Virus record (IMG/VR): IMGVR_UViG_3300023107_000002
Location: 4,746-68,745 of that record
Reading direction: 5' to 3' (one strand)
Source: a virus
Lineage: Duplodnaviria > Caudoviricetes
DNA: 64,000 nt
The position numbers and the translations under genes are program-made. The notes below the pieces were generated by a model. It ran no database searches, was not told the origin of the DNA, and saw nothing but the letters and a program-made list of their open reading frames with translations. This document shows, one piece after another, positions 1-10,106 of the stretch (position 1 is the stretch's first letter; the number at the start of each line of letters is the position of its first letter).

Positions 1-2
1 TC

Positions 3-920
3 ACAGGCAAGCCAACAACACTTGTAGGGTATGGGATAACAGACGGGCAGCCTCTCGACGCAGACCTCACGGCCATTGCCAACATCTCCCCCGCAAACGA
101 TGATATTATTCAGCGCAAAGCAGGCGCATGGGTCAATCGTACCATGGCTCAGTTAAAAGCTGATCTGGGGCTGGTTAAAGGCGATGTAGGGCTTGGTAAT
201 GTGGATAATACAAGTGATGCTAATAAGCCGGTGAGTACTGCGCAGCAAACGGCGCTTGATCTAAAAGCGCCTTTGGCAAGCCCGGTATTTACTGGCACTC
301 CTAAAATAGCGAGTGACACGGTAGCAACAAAGGCTTATGCGAGGTCGGTAGCAGGCTCAGGTGGTAGTGGTGGTGTATCACAAGCGCAGGTTTCTCAGAT
401 TGTTTCAGACTCGCTTAATGCAAGCGCAAAGACCGTTCAAAATGTCGCCCGATCAGGATTTGATACGACCACCACAACGTCCGGGAATATTCTAAAATTC
501 AAATCATTCGCATTTAATGACGGTCCAAATTTTCAATGGAACAAGATAATTACAGACACCACGATATCTCTTAATCCAACGGTATCATCAAGCATCCCGA
601 CTGCTCATGTTCAATTTGTTTCCAGTACAACTTTCGCCCCTGACTTAGCACTTGGTGGTGCAGGGATTCAGAATAAAAGAAAGTATATCTACGAAGGGGC
701 TGCAAATGCATCATGGGTTCTCCCAACCGCCGCACAGTGGAACGGATTTGAATTAACCATACCAAACACAACGAACTTCTCAATTACGTTTAATGTACCG
801 GTTTACATCAATAGTACAACGATTATTTCTGCAGGTTCAATAGCGATACCAGCATTGGCAGGCGCTACTCTCACTAAACAATCTGGAACAGGCATTTGGA
901 TAATTGACACATACCGATGA
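3..920 (+). CDS. Tail fibre protein, 5'-truncated by window edge
   Basis: Frame is open from nt 3, upstream of the ATG at 144; contains the phage fibre repeats KPTTLVGYGITD and GLGNVDNTSDANKPVSTAQQTALDLKA. Confidence 0.85.
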   Translation, partial: TGKPTTLVGYGITDGQPLDADLTAIANISPANDDIIQRKAGAWVNRTMAQLKADLGLVKGDVGLGNVDNTSDANKPVSTAQQTALDLKAPLASPVFTGTPKIASDTVATKAYARSVAGSGGSGGVSQAQVSQIVSDSLNASAKTVQNVARSGFDTTTTTSGNILKFKSFAFNDGPNFQWNKIITDTTISLNPTVSSSIPTAHVQFVSSTTFAPDLALGGAGIQNKRKYIYEGAANASWVLPTAAQWNGFELTIPNTTNFSITFNVPVYINSTTIISAGSIAIPALAGATLTKQSGTGIWIIDTYR

Positions 921-2908
921 GAGCCATACTAACCATATTATCCTTCATAATCACCTCGGCTTTTTCACTTGCTCCGACAGCAACGGTCTACTACGTAAAA
1001 CCCACCGGCGGCACTGGCTCCGGCCTCGACGACGCGAACGCATGGAGCTTTGCTAAGTACAAGTCAATGGAAGGTTCATTGATCCCAGGTGATGCGGTTC
1101 TATTCAAAGCAGGCGAATCGTTCTACGGGTCCATCACAACAAGACCCGGCGTCAATTACAACAGGTACAGCACAGGTGCAAACCCGATCATTACAGGCTT
1201 CACCAGCGTAACCAGCTGGGCAAACGTAGGAACGAACCTTTGGGAGGCAAGTGTGAGTGCAGGAACGTCACTCAACATGCTCACAGTAAACGGCGTGGTA
1301 ACCGAACCAGGAAGATTCCCTAACACCGGTTGGCTGCCAATCATCAACGGCTACGACAGCACGATTGTAACAAATACGCCATCGCCTTCGACCTATTCAG
1401 GTGGCAAAATCGTAACGAAGAAAAAGCAGTGGGTGATTGACAAATGTCAGATAACATCTATTTCAGGCAACAACATCAATTTCACCAACCCTCGCCCAGA
1501 TCCATTAACCGGGTATGAAACTCAGCCAGCAGTAACGAACTGCGGGTTCTTTTTCACCGATCATCCAGCAACACTCGACGTGCAGAATGAATGGTATTAT
1601 ACCAGTGGCACACTCAGGATGTATTCGACGGTCAATCCATCCACTCTCAACGTTAAAGCGGCCACCATAAACACATTGGTTACCCTCGGCGGAGTCAGCA
1701 ATGCACGCTTCGCCACAATCGATTTTCAAGGCTCAAACGAAGACGGAATATTTGTCTCAGGCGGTTCAGGCAACGTGATTGAAAACTGCGGAATTGCTTA
1801 CACTGGCAGAAAGGGTATTTACTCTGTCTTCTCAAGCAATTTCACCGTTCAGAACAACAATATTTCAAATACCAACTGGTCGGGCATAGATGCAATTCTC
1901 GGATCGTATCAATATGTACTCAACAACAACCTTAACAACATTGCGATGCTGCGTAGCCTCTGCCAGCCTAACAACAATGCGAACCACGCTATATGGGCAG
2001 CAGGTAACCACAATTTAATTCAAGGGAACATCGGCAACTACATCGGCTATGTCGGCATCGACATGGGCGGTGACTATGATACAGCCCGGAATAATTTCAT
2101 GGACAACTGGTGTCAGATTGCAACGGATGGCGGCGGGATTTACATGGGTAGTGAACCGAATGGTATTGGCCGACTGATTGAGAACAACACATTCCTGCAT
2201 GGTTACGGCGCTCGTGATGGGTCCGAATATCCTTGGAACACGTTTGACGACAGCTACGGGATCTACCTCGACGAATCAACTGCGGGCGTAACAGTCAGAA
2301 ATAACTTCTCCGCCTTAAACGTAGGCGGCGGGGCATCCCTGCACATGGCGAATAATGTCACGTTCGACAATAATATATTCTACGGCAACGTCCATCGCCA
2401 GGTAAAGTTTCAGGAAGATAACGCTTTCAAGACTCGCATGGTGAATATTGAATGGACGAATAACAAGGCGCATTCACTCAATGGCAGCGAGCAGGTTTAC
2501 GTGTTTTATTCAGTTGACAATTCCAGCAAATTCTTTTCCCGATCAGCCAACAACATTCTCTCTAACCCCGGCAATCCTTCGAACCTGGTTCATGAAATAA
2601 TCGACTATTACGCCGGTGGAGATTACACCTATTCGCTCAATCAGTGGAGAACGCAGTATCCAAACTTCGAAACATTTTCAACCGGTGCGCCTGCTTCGTT
2701 TGGATCAGGTACGCCGCAAGTTCAAATCACTTATTCAGGAAAATACAATGCGCCTCTCGACGGGGTGTATCAATCTATTGACAGCACAATATATCAAGCC
2801 GGGACAATCGTATTGCAGCCGTTCAGCGGGGCAGTATTGAAGCGTACCGGTGATTTCGTACCGGTGGTGACAGTGCCACGGGTGGTTCGGGGATTTCGAT
2901 TTAGATAA
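917..2908 (+). CDS. Right-handed parallel beta-helix protein (pectin-lyase-like, putative depolymerase) with N-terminal signal peptide
   Basis: Asn-ladder repeats (NNNISNT, NNTFLHG, DNNIFYGN), DGGGIY motif, hydrophobic N-terminus MRAILTILSFIITSAFS. Confidence 0.8.
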   Translation: MRAILTILSFIITSAFSLAPTATVYYVKPTGGTGSGLDDANAWSFAKYKSMEGSLIPGDAVLFKAGESFYGSITTRPGVNYNRYSTGANPIITGFTSVTSWANVGTNLWEASVSAGTSLNMLTVNGVVTEPGRFPNTGWLPIINGYDSTIVTNTPSPSTYSGGKIVTKKKQWVIDKCQITSISGNNINFTNPRPDPLTGYETQPAVTNCGFFFTDHPATLDVQNEWYYTSGTLRMYSTVNPSTLNVKAATINTLVTLGGVSNARFATIDFQGSNEDGIFVSGGSGNVIENCGIAYTGRKGIYSVFSSNFTVQNNNISNTNWSGIDAILGSYQYVLNNNLNNIAMLRSLCQPNNNANHAIWAAGNHNLIQGNIGNYIGYVGIDMGGDYDTARNNFMDNWCQIATDGGGIYMGSEPNGIGRLIENNTFLHGYGARDGSEYPWNTFDDSYGIYLDESTAGVTVRNNFSALNVGGGASLHMANNVTFDNNIFYGNVHRQVKFQEDNAFKTRMVNIEWTNNKAHSLNGSEQVYVFYSVDNSSKFFSRSANNILSNPGNPSNLVHEIIDYYAGGDYTYSLNQWRTQYPNFETFSTGAPASFGSGTPQVQITYSGKYNAPLDGVYQSIDSTIYQAGTIVLQPFSGAVLKRTGDFVPVVTVPRVVRGFRFR

Positions 2909-2982
2909 CAATTACTCATGATGGATCAGCGCGGGTATCATGGGTAACAAAGGAAATATAATGATTAAAACAAAATGCTTGT

Positions 2983-3297
2983 ATGCCAAGCCAGGATAAC
3001 ATCGAAAAAATACTCTTCGGCGGCATAATGGCGACACTCGCAGCTATGGTAACAGCAATGTTAAGCAAGGAAGAGATTTGGGCAAAGGTGAAGACTTTCA
3101 TTGCAGGCGTGTGTTGCGGCATTGTACTGGCCTTGATACTTATGAATACCAGCATATCGGAAGCATGGAGAGGTGTAATAATCTCCGGAAGTTCTGCTTT
3201 CGTTTCAACATTCTGGCCTATGCTCGGAAGATTGACAACATCGCTGGTTGAAAAATATCTAAAAAAGAAAGCCGATGACTTTATTCCAAAGCCTTAG
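2983..3297 (+). CDS. Small membrane protein, holin-like
   Basis: 2-3 hydrophobic segments and a basic C-terminus (KYLKKKADD); first of three membrane ORFs. Confidence 0.55.
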   Translation: MPSQDNIEKILFGGIMATLAAMVTAMLSKEEIWAKVKTFIAGVCCGIVLALILMNTSISEAWRGVIISGSSAFVSTFWPMLGRLTTSLVEKYLKKKADDFIPKP

Positions 3298-3568
3298 TCT
3301 TTTGAATGCAAGCGGGTGTGTAGTAGGCATTGTTATGCTGGTTATGAGGCTGATAAAATATGAGATTCCGAGAGCATGGCAGGTGTATATGTTTTTTGTC
3401 TTTGCACTTACTTTTCTTGTGGCAATCGGACAAATGTTCACGTTCTTTTATTTCCCGCGAATTAGCCCATGGTTGAAAATGTGGGCGACCGTTTACTGGA
3501 TAAAAACCATTTGGTTTTGTCACGTCATCAAATCAGTATCAATGCTTAAAAAGAACTTTTATAAATAA
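3275..3568 (+). CDS. Small multi-TM membrane protein (lysis cassette candidate)
   Basis: Three hydrophobic segments, basic C-terminus, overlaps upstream gene. Confidence 0.5.
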   Translation: MTLFQSLSLLNASGCVVGIVMLVMRLIKYEIPRAWQVYMFFVFALTFLVAIGQMFTFFYFPRISPWLKMWATVYWIKTIWFCHVIKSVSMLKKNFYK

Positions 3569-3575
3569 TCGAATA

Positions 3576-4034
3576 ATGGAAAAACTCAAACAATTCTGGT
3601 CAACAAACAAAGTATTTATTCTCGGTTGCCTTTACGCAGCATTCATGGGTGTGCAGGAATTCTTTCTTGAACCTGTGATCGACTGGAAAGCAGTAGGGCT
3701 CGGTTTCGGCGTGGCAGGGCTCAGTTACCTGGCGAAAAACTGGCGAGGTCAGGCTGCATCAATGGTCGGAGTAATTGCAAATTCAATTATCTCATTCGCT
3801 ACACTGCAGGGCGATGCTCAAATGACCGTTTCGCAGTTGATAGGCCAAATCGTAATGGCCGTTGCTTTCTTCTTTCTTTCTGATCCAAAGAGCAGGGGAT
3901 ATGAAAACAGTACCATCATCAAAGCTGCAAAAGTAGACGGCGAAATGATCACACCTGCTGTAGGTACGAATGCCGAAATCAAAAAGCTGGCTGAAGCTGA
4001 GATTAAATACAACTCACAGGCACAAGACTCTTAA
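3576..4034 (+). CDS. Four-TM membrane protein, holin/antiholin candidate
   Basis: Four hydrophobic helices followed by a soluble tail. Confidence 0.5.
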   Translation: MEKLKQFWSTNKVFILGCLYAAFMGVQEFFLEPVIDWKAVGLGFGVAGLSYLAKNWRGQAASMVGVIANSIISFATLQGDAQMTVSQLIGQIVMAVAFFFLSDPKSRGYENSTIIKAAKVDGEMITPAVGTNAEIKKLAEAEIKYNSQAQDS

Positions 4035-4058
4035 AAACAACCATCAATAAAATAAATC

Positions 4059-5123
4059 ATGGCAGACAAGAAAATGACACAGGCGTCACTGAAACGCTGG
4101 TTAGTTGCACAACCGCTTACCAATTACAATGCACTGGCAGATAAGCCGACTGAAGATTCAGTTATCGGCGAAGTAATTATCGACAAGCAGGCTCAGAAAA
4201 TCACAAAGGAAGGCATGACGCTTTACCTAAAATTCAACAAGGTTCCAATGCCGAAGAAATTTCCTGCTGACTGGCTTTCCATGACTGCAAAACAACTTGC
4301 TGCAGCGTTCATTGCAATGATGTTATTGTTCGTTTGCACAACGGCATCTGCACAGCTTACTATTGATCTCGGTACAGTAAAGACAGCGAATAAAAACACA
4401 GCCGTCAATGTTGGGATCTCTTATTTCCGTTCTCTTGATTCGATTTGGAAAAGCAAGGATCTGTACTTCACTGGCAAGCATTCTATATTCTCATTCAATC
4501 CGGAATTCAATGTAAGATTCGGAACGCAGGACGCCTTTAGTTCTATCCAGGCAAAACTTGTCGGATCGTTCATGAGTTTTAAAATGACCGACTTTGAAGG
4601 CTTCGCTTCGCCCGACTTTTCCAAGACGGTAAACGTTTTCCCTGTTGCGCTTGGAGTTGAAACAAATTCAAGTTTCACAACTTACAATGGAATACTTGAA
4701 GCTGGTTACACGCCTTACTGGAAATCAGTGGGTGCAAGCGAATTCCTGAAGCATACCGATTTCTCATTGTTCGTGCAGGGTGGTTACAAGTTCCGCGGCG
4801 ACAGTTCAGCAACTGCCTTAACAGGCGGTGCAAAAGACGAATCATCTGAGAAAGTGCAGTCATCTATCCTTCGCGTTAAAAGCAGCCTCGGAATTGATAC
4901 CAAAGGCATTATTAAAGCACAAGGCTTCACGTTCGGGCTGACTGGTAAAGCAGATGTATGGTACGATGTAATTAACACACGGTTCTATCACAAGCTTGAC
5001 GCAATCGCCCGCTTCTATTTATCCAATGGTGCATGGGTCGATGCGATTTATTCCAAAGGCGCTGGAGCTCCAACATTCAATTCAAGCGAACAATACGGAG
5101 TTGGTTTCAAGGTTCAACTATGA
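4059..5123 (+). CDS. Predicted outer-membrane beta-barrel protein with internal signal peptide (alternative start 4281)
   Basis: Met75 begins MTAKQLAAAFIAMMLLFVCTTASA|Q; alternating aromatic/Gly strands; C-terminal strand YGVGFKVQL. Confidence 0.55.
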   Translation: MADKKMTQASLKRWLVAQPLTNYNALADKPTEDSVIGEVIIDKQAQKITKEGMTLYLKFNKVPMPKKFPADWLSMTAKQLAAAFIAMMLLFVCTTASAQLTIDLGTVKTANKNTAVNVGISYFRSLDSIWKSKDLYFTGKHSIFSFNPEFNVRFGTQDAFSSIQAKLVGSFMSFKMTDFEGFASPDFSKTVNVFPVALGVETNSSFTTYNGILEAGYTPYWKSVGASEFLKHTDFSLFVQGGYKFRGDSSATALTGGAKDESSEKVQSSILRVKSSLGIDTKGIIKAQGFTFGLTGKADVWYDVINTRFYHKLDAIARFYLSNGAWVDAIYSKGAGAPTFNSSEQYGVGFKVQL

Positions 5124-5150
5124 TCTCAGGAACACACATAAATGGTGTAA

Positions 5151-5188
5151 ACAAAAACCCGCAAGCCATTGCTGGTAGCGGGTTTTGT
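5151..5188. terminator. Inverted repeat, bidirectional terminator-like hairpin upstream of HNH gene
   Basis: acaaaa(a)cccgc ... gcgggttttgt. Confidence 0.55.
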
Positions 5189-5221
5189 CGTAAATTGAAG
5201 TCGCTAAACAAAACAATTTAC

Positions 5222-5806
5222 ATGTCAAATCTATGTAATTCCCTTGAGGAAATCTGGAAAGATGTACCCGGCTTCGAAGGGTTGTATGAAGTAAGTAACT
5301 ACGGTCGCGTAAAATCACTTCCTCGCCCGTGGTACAGAAAAAAACAATCAAACATATTAGTTGGCGTTCCGGACATTAATGGCTATCTCAAAGTCCCATT
5401 GAATAATCACGGAAAGTATAGCGTCCGACCTATTCATAGATTGGTTGCAATTGCATTTATTCCAAACCCTGAGAATAAGCCTTACGTGAATCATATCGAC
5501 GGCAATCCCAGCAATGCAAGGGTTGAAAATCTTGAATGGGTAACACCTCTGGAAAATTCGCAGCACGCATGGTCAACAGGATTAATGCACTCTGGCAAAT
5601 CTTCATTCTGGGGTAAATCCGGCGCCAACAGCCATGTAGCAAAAGCTGTGAACCAATATTCAAAAACAGGAGAATTGCTTAACACTTATCCCACTGTTCT
5701 TGCAGCATCCAAAGCAATCGGGTGTGACCATAGTTTTTTATGCAAAGCCGCTAGTGGTAAGCATGAATTCGCCTATGGCTTTAAATGGGAATACGCTAAA
5801 AATTGA
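5222..5806 (+). CDS. NUMOD4-HNH homing endonuclease with C-terminal NUMOD1-like domain
   Basis: EIWKDVPGFEGLYEVSNYGRVKS (NUMOD4); HRLVA...VNHIDGNPSNARVENLEW (HNH); VNQYSKTGELLNTY. Start taken as ATG 5222, not 5033. Confidence 0.9.
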   Translation: MSNLCNSLEEIWKDVPGFEGLYEVSNYGRVKSLPRPWYRKKQSNILVGVPDINGYLKVPLNNHGKYSVRPIHRLVAIAFIPNPENKPYVNHIDGNPSNARVENLEWVTPLENSQHAWSTGLMHSGKSSFWGKSGANSHVAKAVNQYSKTGELLNTYPTVLAASKAIGCDHSFLCKAASGKHEFAYGFKWEYAKN

Positions 5807-5815
5807 TTTGTACAA

Positions 5816-6739
5816 ATGAGAAAACTACTTTTTATTCTACTTATCCCTTTATCCTCACTCGCCCAAAACCCGTTCAGCACGTATGAACTGGTGAAGGATA
5901 GCGTAAAGGTTATCGCAACGGACATCGCGAAAACCAAAGCAGACAGCATCTTTGCCGCCCTGAAAATCCGTATCGACTCAGCGATCACGGTAATCCCGAA
6001 TGTTACCAGTCCGAAAGGCTTAGTAACAACTACCGCACTTGCGCAGAAGCCGGACACAGGAACTTTCCTGCCGCCGATCAGGGCAACGATCAACGCGAAG
6101 GCAAGTATGCAATCGCTTATGGACACGTCAGCAACCAAGCCTGATAAATGCGGAACGCTGGCTGAATTACGGTTAATGCCTGTAAGAGATGGCCGGGTTG
6201 TAGTGGTGGCAGACAAGGCTACTGCTTTTGATAATACCGGAGGGTTTTACCGGTGGAATCCAAACGCAACAGGAGCAGAAGACGCGAAGTATTTAAACAC
6301 AATAATATCCAGCCTTAGCAGTACCGGCCGTTGGATTCGAATGTTTCAAAGAGCGGTCGATATTTCGCCAACGAACGGAACGATGCTCACGCTGGCAGGA
6401 AACTATAAAGAATACACCGTTTCCGGAACAACCAACTCATCAGGGCAAATCGTTTGGAACCTCACAGATGATGGAACGGCGACGGGCAACGCTTTATTCG
6501 CCTCAACTAAAATCATTCTGGTTGAAGTCGATCAGGATCAGCCGCTACCGGAAGATGCGGTAACACCCCGGCGGATCTCGCTTTCTTCCAATCTTAAAGT
6601 ATTGACCTACGGATTCTCAAAACCAAAAATAAACCCGGTAACAACCGCACTGGCATTAATCGGTGTCAGCATTGTTCCGACTCAATCTGTTGCGGCCGGG
6701 GTTCCTGCAACACTCACCATTAAAGGACTTACTCCTTAA
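5816..6739 (+). CDS. Tailspike-adaptor-like protein with signal peptide
   Basis: MRKLLFILLIPLSSLA|Q; GGFYRWNPNATG...TGRWIR segment resembles tailspike N-terminal modules. Confidence 0.5.
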   Translation: MRKLLFILLIPLSSLAQNPFSTYELVKDSVKVIATDIAKTKADSIFAALKIRIDSAITVIPNVTSPKGLVTTTALAQKPDTGTFLPPIRATINAKASMQSLMDTSATKPDKCGTLAELRLMPVRDGRVVVVADKATAFDNTGGFYRWNPNATGAEDAKYLNTIISSLSSTGRWIRMFQRAVDISPTNGTMLTLAGNYKEYTVSGTTNSSGQIVWNLTDDGTATGNALFASTKIILVEVDQDQPLPEDAVTPRRISLSSNLKVLTYGFSKPKINPVTTALALIGVSIVPTQSVAAGVPATLTIKGLTP

Positions 6740-6748
6740 ACTAATTCA

Positions 6749-8623
6749 ATGAAAAACATACTTCTCGCATTCCTGGTTCTATTCTCTGCTGTTGGGTACG
6801 GGCAGGATCCTCCGACTGGTAGTAAGATTACGATCAGGTCATCTACACCAACCGCTGATCAGATCCTCCCCGGCACAACCAACACGGGATTTCGCAAAGT
6901 GGATAGTGCGAAACTGGCGGGGGTTATTGATAGTACATTGGTAAACTTAAAGCTTGCCACCAAACAGCAAACCATTGTACCGGCATCAAATTCCGAAATC
7001 ATAAACAACTCCCATATCGCTTTCTGGGGTGACAGTTTTTTATTCGGAGCAGGTGGTGGCGACGTGAATATTGTCAGCAGGTTTATTGAGTTATCCGGCA
7101 TGCAGGCTTTTAATGGCGGCATCGGGGGGCAACGATCAGACCAAGTGCTTGCAAGAGTAACAGCAGCAACCGACAAGACAGGATGGAGCGCTGTGATTTG
7201 GGTCGGGAAAAATGACTTCATTCAAGGAGTATCGCCAGCAACAATCAAGGCGAATATTGCTTCAATTGTTTCTGCCCTTGGTCACAACAGGTACATAATT
7301 ATAGGAGTAACCCCGTCTACCTCAGACCCTACCGGGAGCGGAAACGCAGCAGCAATTACAACTATCAACACTGACCTAGCCGCCATTTACGGTGTTCGCT
7401 TTTTTGACGCAGCGACCTATTTGAAAACGCAAGGCAATGGAGGTTCCGATAATACTGCAATATCGAACGGCTTGCTTCCGCCATCCTTAATGAACGACGC
7501 CATTCACCTCAATGCCGCTGGATATTTGCTTATCGCAAACTATCTCTACGCAAACAAGCTCAACATTCTTCAATCGGCTTCTACGAATGTCGTTCAGGTG
7601 GCAAACTCTTCATCCTTAAACATTGGAAGTCTCGATCAGGTCTATTTAAAACGAGGCGGCAAGGTGTTCATTGGCGGTTGGCCTGCAATTTATTCCCCAA
7701 ACCAGACAACGAATTCACTCAGTCTTTTTGTAGGCAACAGCTCTTCACCGGAACTTTTACAATCTGGTGCTACAGGCAATACCGGTGTAGGGCATAATTC
7801 ATTTTTCAACCTTACGACAGGGGACGATAATACCGCAATCGGGAAGGCTGCTTTGTATTATTTAACAACCGCAATATCTAACACAGCCGTTGGTTCAGCG
7901 GCACTGTTTAACAACACTGCAAATTATAATACGGCAATAGGATCGGATGCGCTGACATCGAACACCACGGGCAATAGTAATGTTGCAGTTGGCCAAAATG
8001 CACTTCTTAGCAATACCACAACTTCAAATAACACAGCGGTTGGGCAAGCAGCGTTAGGCTTAGGCAGTGGAGGAACTGGTTCATCTGGGTTTGGCTACCA
8101 TGCTTTATTAAGTTCAACAGGAAGCAACAATACTGGCATTGGGAATAACGCGGGAGACAATATCACAAGCGGAGCGAAGAACGTCATCATCGGCGCGGAT
8201 GCGGATGCGCAGTCGGCAACAGCATCAAATCAGGTGAACATTGCAAATGTTTTTTGGGCAACAGGCGCGTCAGGAACAGGCACAACGCCCGCGGGTAACG
8301 CAGGTGTTGGAACAAACGCCCCAAATTCCACCTTTCATATATCTGGTTCATTTGCTGGTGGTTATACTGCCAAGACAGCAACCTACACAGCTACCATATC
8401 AGATTACGTTATTAATTGTACAGCAAATTCCTTTACCGTAACCGTACCCAGTGCAGTTGGAATAGCCGGACGAATTTATATTATCAAGAACACTGGTGCC
8501 GGGACGATCACAATGGCGACCACTTCATCGCAAACGGTTGATGGAACTACTCCTCCAACGATAGCGGCTGGTGCAGTTTTGCAAATCATGTCGGATGGCG
8601 CAAACTGGATAAAATTGAACTAA
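6749..8623 (+). CDS. SGNH hydrolase plus trimeric fibre repeats (tail fibre/esterase) with signal peptide
   Basis: MKNILLAFLVLFSAVGYG|Q; SGNH blocks GDS, GGIGG, GKND, DAIH; ~14-aa NTAVGxxALxxNTT repeats; C-terminal fibre module TAKTATYTAT...IKNTGAGTIT. Confidence 0.8.
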   Translation: MKNILLAFLVLFSAVGYGQDPPTGSKITIRSSTPTADQILPGTTNTGFRKVDSAKLAGVIDSTLVNLKLATKQQTIVPASNSEIINNSHIAFWGDSFLFGAGGGDVNIVSRFIELSGMQAFNGGIGGQRSDQVLARVTAATDKTGWSAVIWVGKNDFIQGVSPATIKANIASIVSALGHNRYIIIGVTPSTSDPTGSGNAAAITTINTDLAAIYGVRFFDAATYLKTQGNGGSDNTAISNGLLPPSLMNDAIHLNAAGYLLIANYLYANKLNILQSASTNVVQVANSSSLNIGSLDQVYLKRGGKVFIGGWPAIYSPNQTTNSLSLFVGNSSSPELLQSGATGNTGVGHNSFFNLTTGDDNTAIGKAALYYLTTAISNTAVGSAALFNNTANYNTAIGSDALTSNTTGNSNVAVGQNALLSNTTTSNNTAVGQAALGLGSGGTGSSGFGYHALLSSTGSNNTGIGNNAGDNITSGAKNVIIGADADAQSATASNQVNIANVFWATGASGTGTTPAGNAGVGTNAPNSTFHISGSFAGGYTAKTATYTATISDYVINCTANSFTVTVPSAVGIAGRIYIIKNTGAGTITMATTSSQTVDGTTPPTIAAGAVLQIMSDGANWIKLN

Positions 8624-8633
8624 TTGGAATAAA

Positions 8634-9455
8634 ATGAAGCAAATCTTTCTATTAATACTGGCATCATGCACCCTTACTACGTACAGTCAACGTAGCAATT
8701 TATTACTCGAACAAACCTTTGATTCCAGCGTAGGATCATGGTTTGAAAACAGTACATACTATCCCTACTCGGCAACCATTTCCAGCTACACAGCAAGAGC
8801 AGCAAGAGCAGGAAAATCTCTAAAGTTAGAACTAAGGAAAGGTGAAAACATGCGGGCAGAATTGGGTACAAATCCACAATCCTCGCCAAAAGAAGGGTGG
8901 TACGGCTTCACTTTGTTTTTCCCGTCGGGCTTTGTCGCTGATGATTACCATGAAAGCATAATGCAGTTTCAATCATTCCCTGATCCGGGGGAAAACTGGA
9001 GAAGCGCAGTCATGTTTTTAGGGGTAGTAAAAGACAGATTAATATTAGCTCAATGGTCGGATTCAAATAAAATATCAGTACAGGGCTCACCCAAGTATTC
9101 ACAAACGGATTTCGGGCAGCTTGAGAAAAGTAAATGGCTTGACTTTGTGATTCATGCAAGATGGGCTTATGACGCCACAGGCTTTATTGAGATATGGAAG
9201 GATAATAAGTTGCTTCTACGGAAGTCCGGACCAAATTGCTACAACGACAACCTCAACCCTTATTTCAAAATCGGAATATATAAATGGGATTTTAGCCTCT
9301 CTCCGTTGACCAAACGGGAACTATACGTTGATGAGGTCAGAATTGGTAACGCGAACGCGAATTACTTCGACGTATTCCCCGGTAAAATCTCTACCAAAAC
9401 AATCAATTATTTTAATGACGGCAGTTCGTTGATTACTCCAAATAAATTGCCATAA
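8634..9455 (+). CDS. Polysaccharide lyase (jelly-roll, heparin-lyase-I-like) with signal peptide
   Basis: MKQIFLLILASCTLTTYS|Q; RAEL, EGWYGF, IMQF, GFIEIWKD, PYFKIGIYK motifs. Confidence 0.8.
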   Translation: MKQIFLLILASCTLTTYSQRSNLLLEQTFDSSVGSWFENSTYYPYSATISSYTARAARAGKSLKLELRKGENMRAELGTNPQSSPKEGWYGFTLFFPSGFVADDYHESIMQFQSFPDPGENWRSAVMFLGVVKDRLILAQWSDSNKISVQGSPKYSQTDFGQLEKSKWLDFVIHARWAYDATGFIEIWKDNKLLLRKSGPNCYNDNLNPYFKIGIYKWDFSLSPLTKRELYVDEVRIGNANANYFDVFPGKISTKTINYFNDGSSLITPNKLP

Positions 9456-9596
9456 CAATGCTCTACCTCATCCTCCTCTACCTATCCACACCGAAACTCC
9501 CGACCCATTTAATCCGGGTGCAGGAAGAAAGGGTTAATGAGCAAGGGTGCAGGTATTTGGTAATCCGGTTGGAAGAGGACACGACAAATAGAAAAT

Positions 9597-10046
9597 ATGA
9601 AAACAAACTTACAAGCCTTCCTTGATACGCTGGCATGGAGTGAAGGAACCGACAACGGCAAGCAGAAAACCAATGATCGAGGCTATGATGTTTTAGTCGG
9701 CGGCGGGTTGTTTCATACCTACACCGATCACCCGCGCAAATCAGTTCGGTTGAATCGCACGTTATGGTCAACTGCAGCAGGCCGGTATCAGATCCTTGCA
9801 AGGTATTATGATTCATATAAACGCACATTGGGACTAAAAGACTTCTCACCAGCATCGCAGGACGCTATTGCCATTCAGATGATCCGCGAACAGAAAGCAC
9901 TTGCCGATATTGAAGCAGGCCGGTTTGATGTGGCCGTTGTAAAGTGCAATAACATTTGGGCCTCTTTACCTGGAAATTCTTACGGGCAATTTATGCATCC
10001 GCTTGAAGCATTAAGGAAGGTGTATAAGGAAAAATTGAAAGGGTAG
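9597..10046 (+). CDS. Endolysin, lambda R-type lysozyme/transglycosylase
   Basis: AFLDTLAWSEGT, DHPR, STAAGRYQIL, DFSPASQD, WASLPG motifs. Confidence 0.95.
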   Translation: MKTNLQAFLDTLAWSEGTDNGKQKTNDRGYDVLVGGGLFHTYTDHPRKSVRLNRTLWSTAAGRYQILARYYDSYKRTLGLKDFSPASQDAIAIQMIREQKALADIEAGRFDVAVVKCNNIWASLPGNSYGQFMHPLEALRKVYKEKLKG

Positions 10047-10078
10047 GGAAGTGCTCGAATAATTCGAGTAGTTGACCG

Positions 10079-10106
10079 ACGCACTTTTAATGGGTGCGTT
10101 TCTTTT
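10079..10106 (+). terminator. Intrinsic terminator after endolysin
   Basis: acgcac-N9-gtgcgt followed by ttctttt. Confidence 0.65.

Noticed and set aside
5033-5221. N-terminal extension of the NUMOD4-HNH ORF
   Set aside because: Overlaps the upstream gene and a hairpin; the NUMOD4 domain begins after ATG 5222.
1-9455. Diversity-generating retroelement acting on tail fibres
   Set aside because: No reverse transcriptase and no template/variable repeat pair seen in the window.
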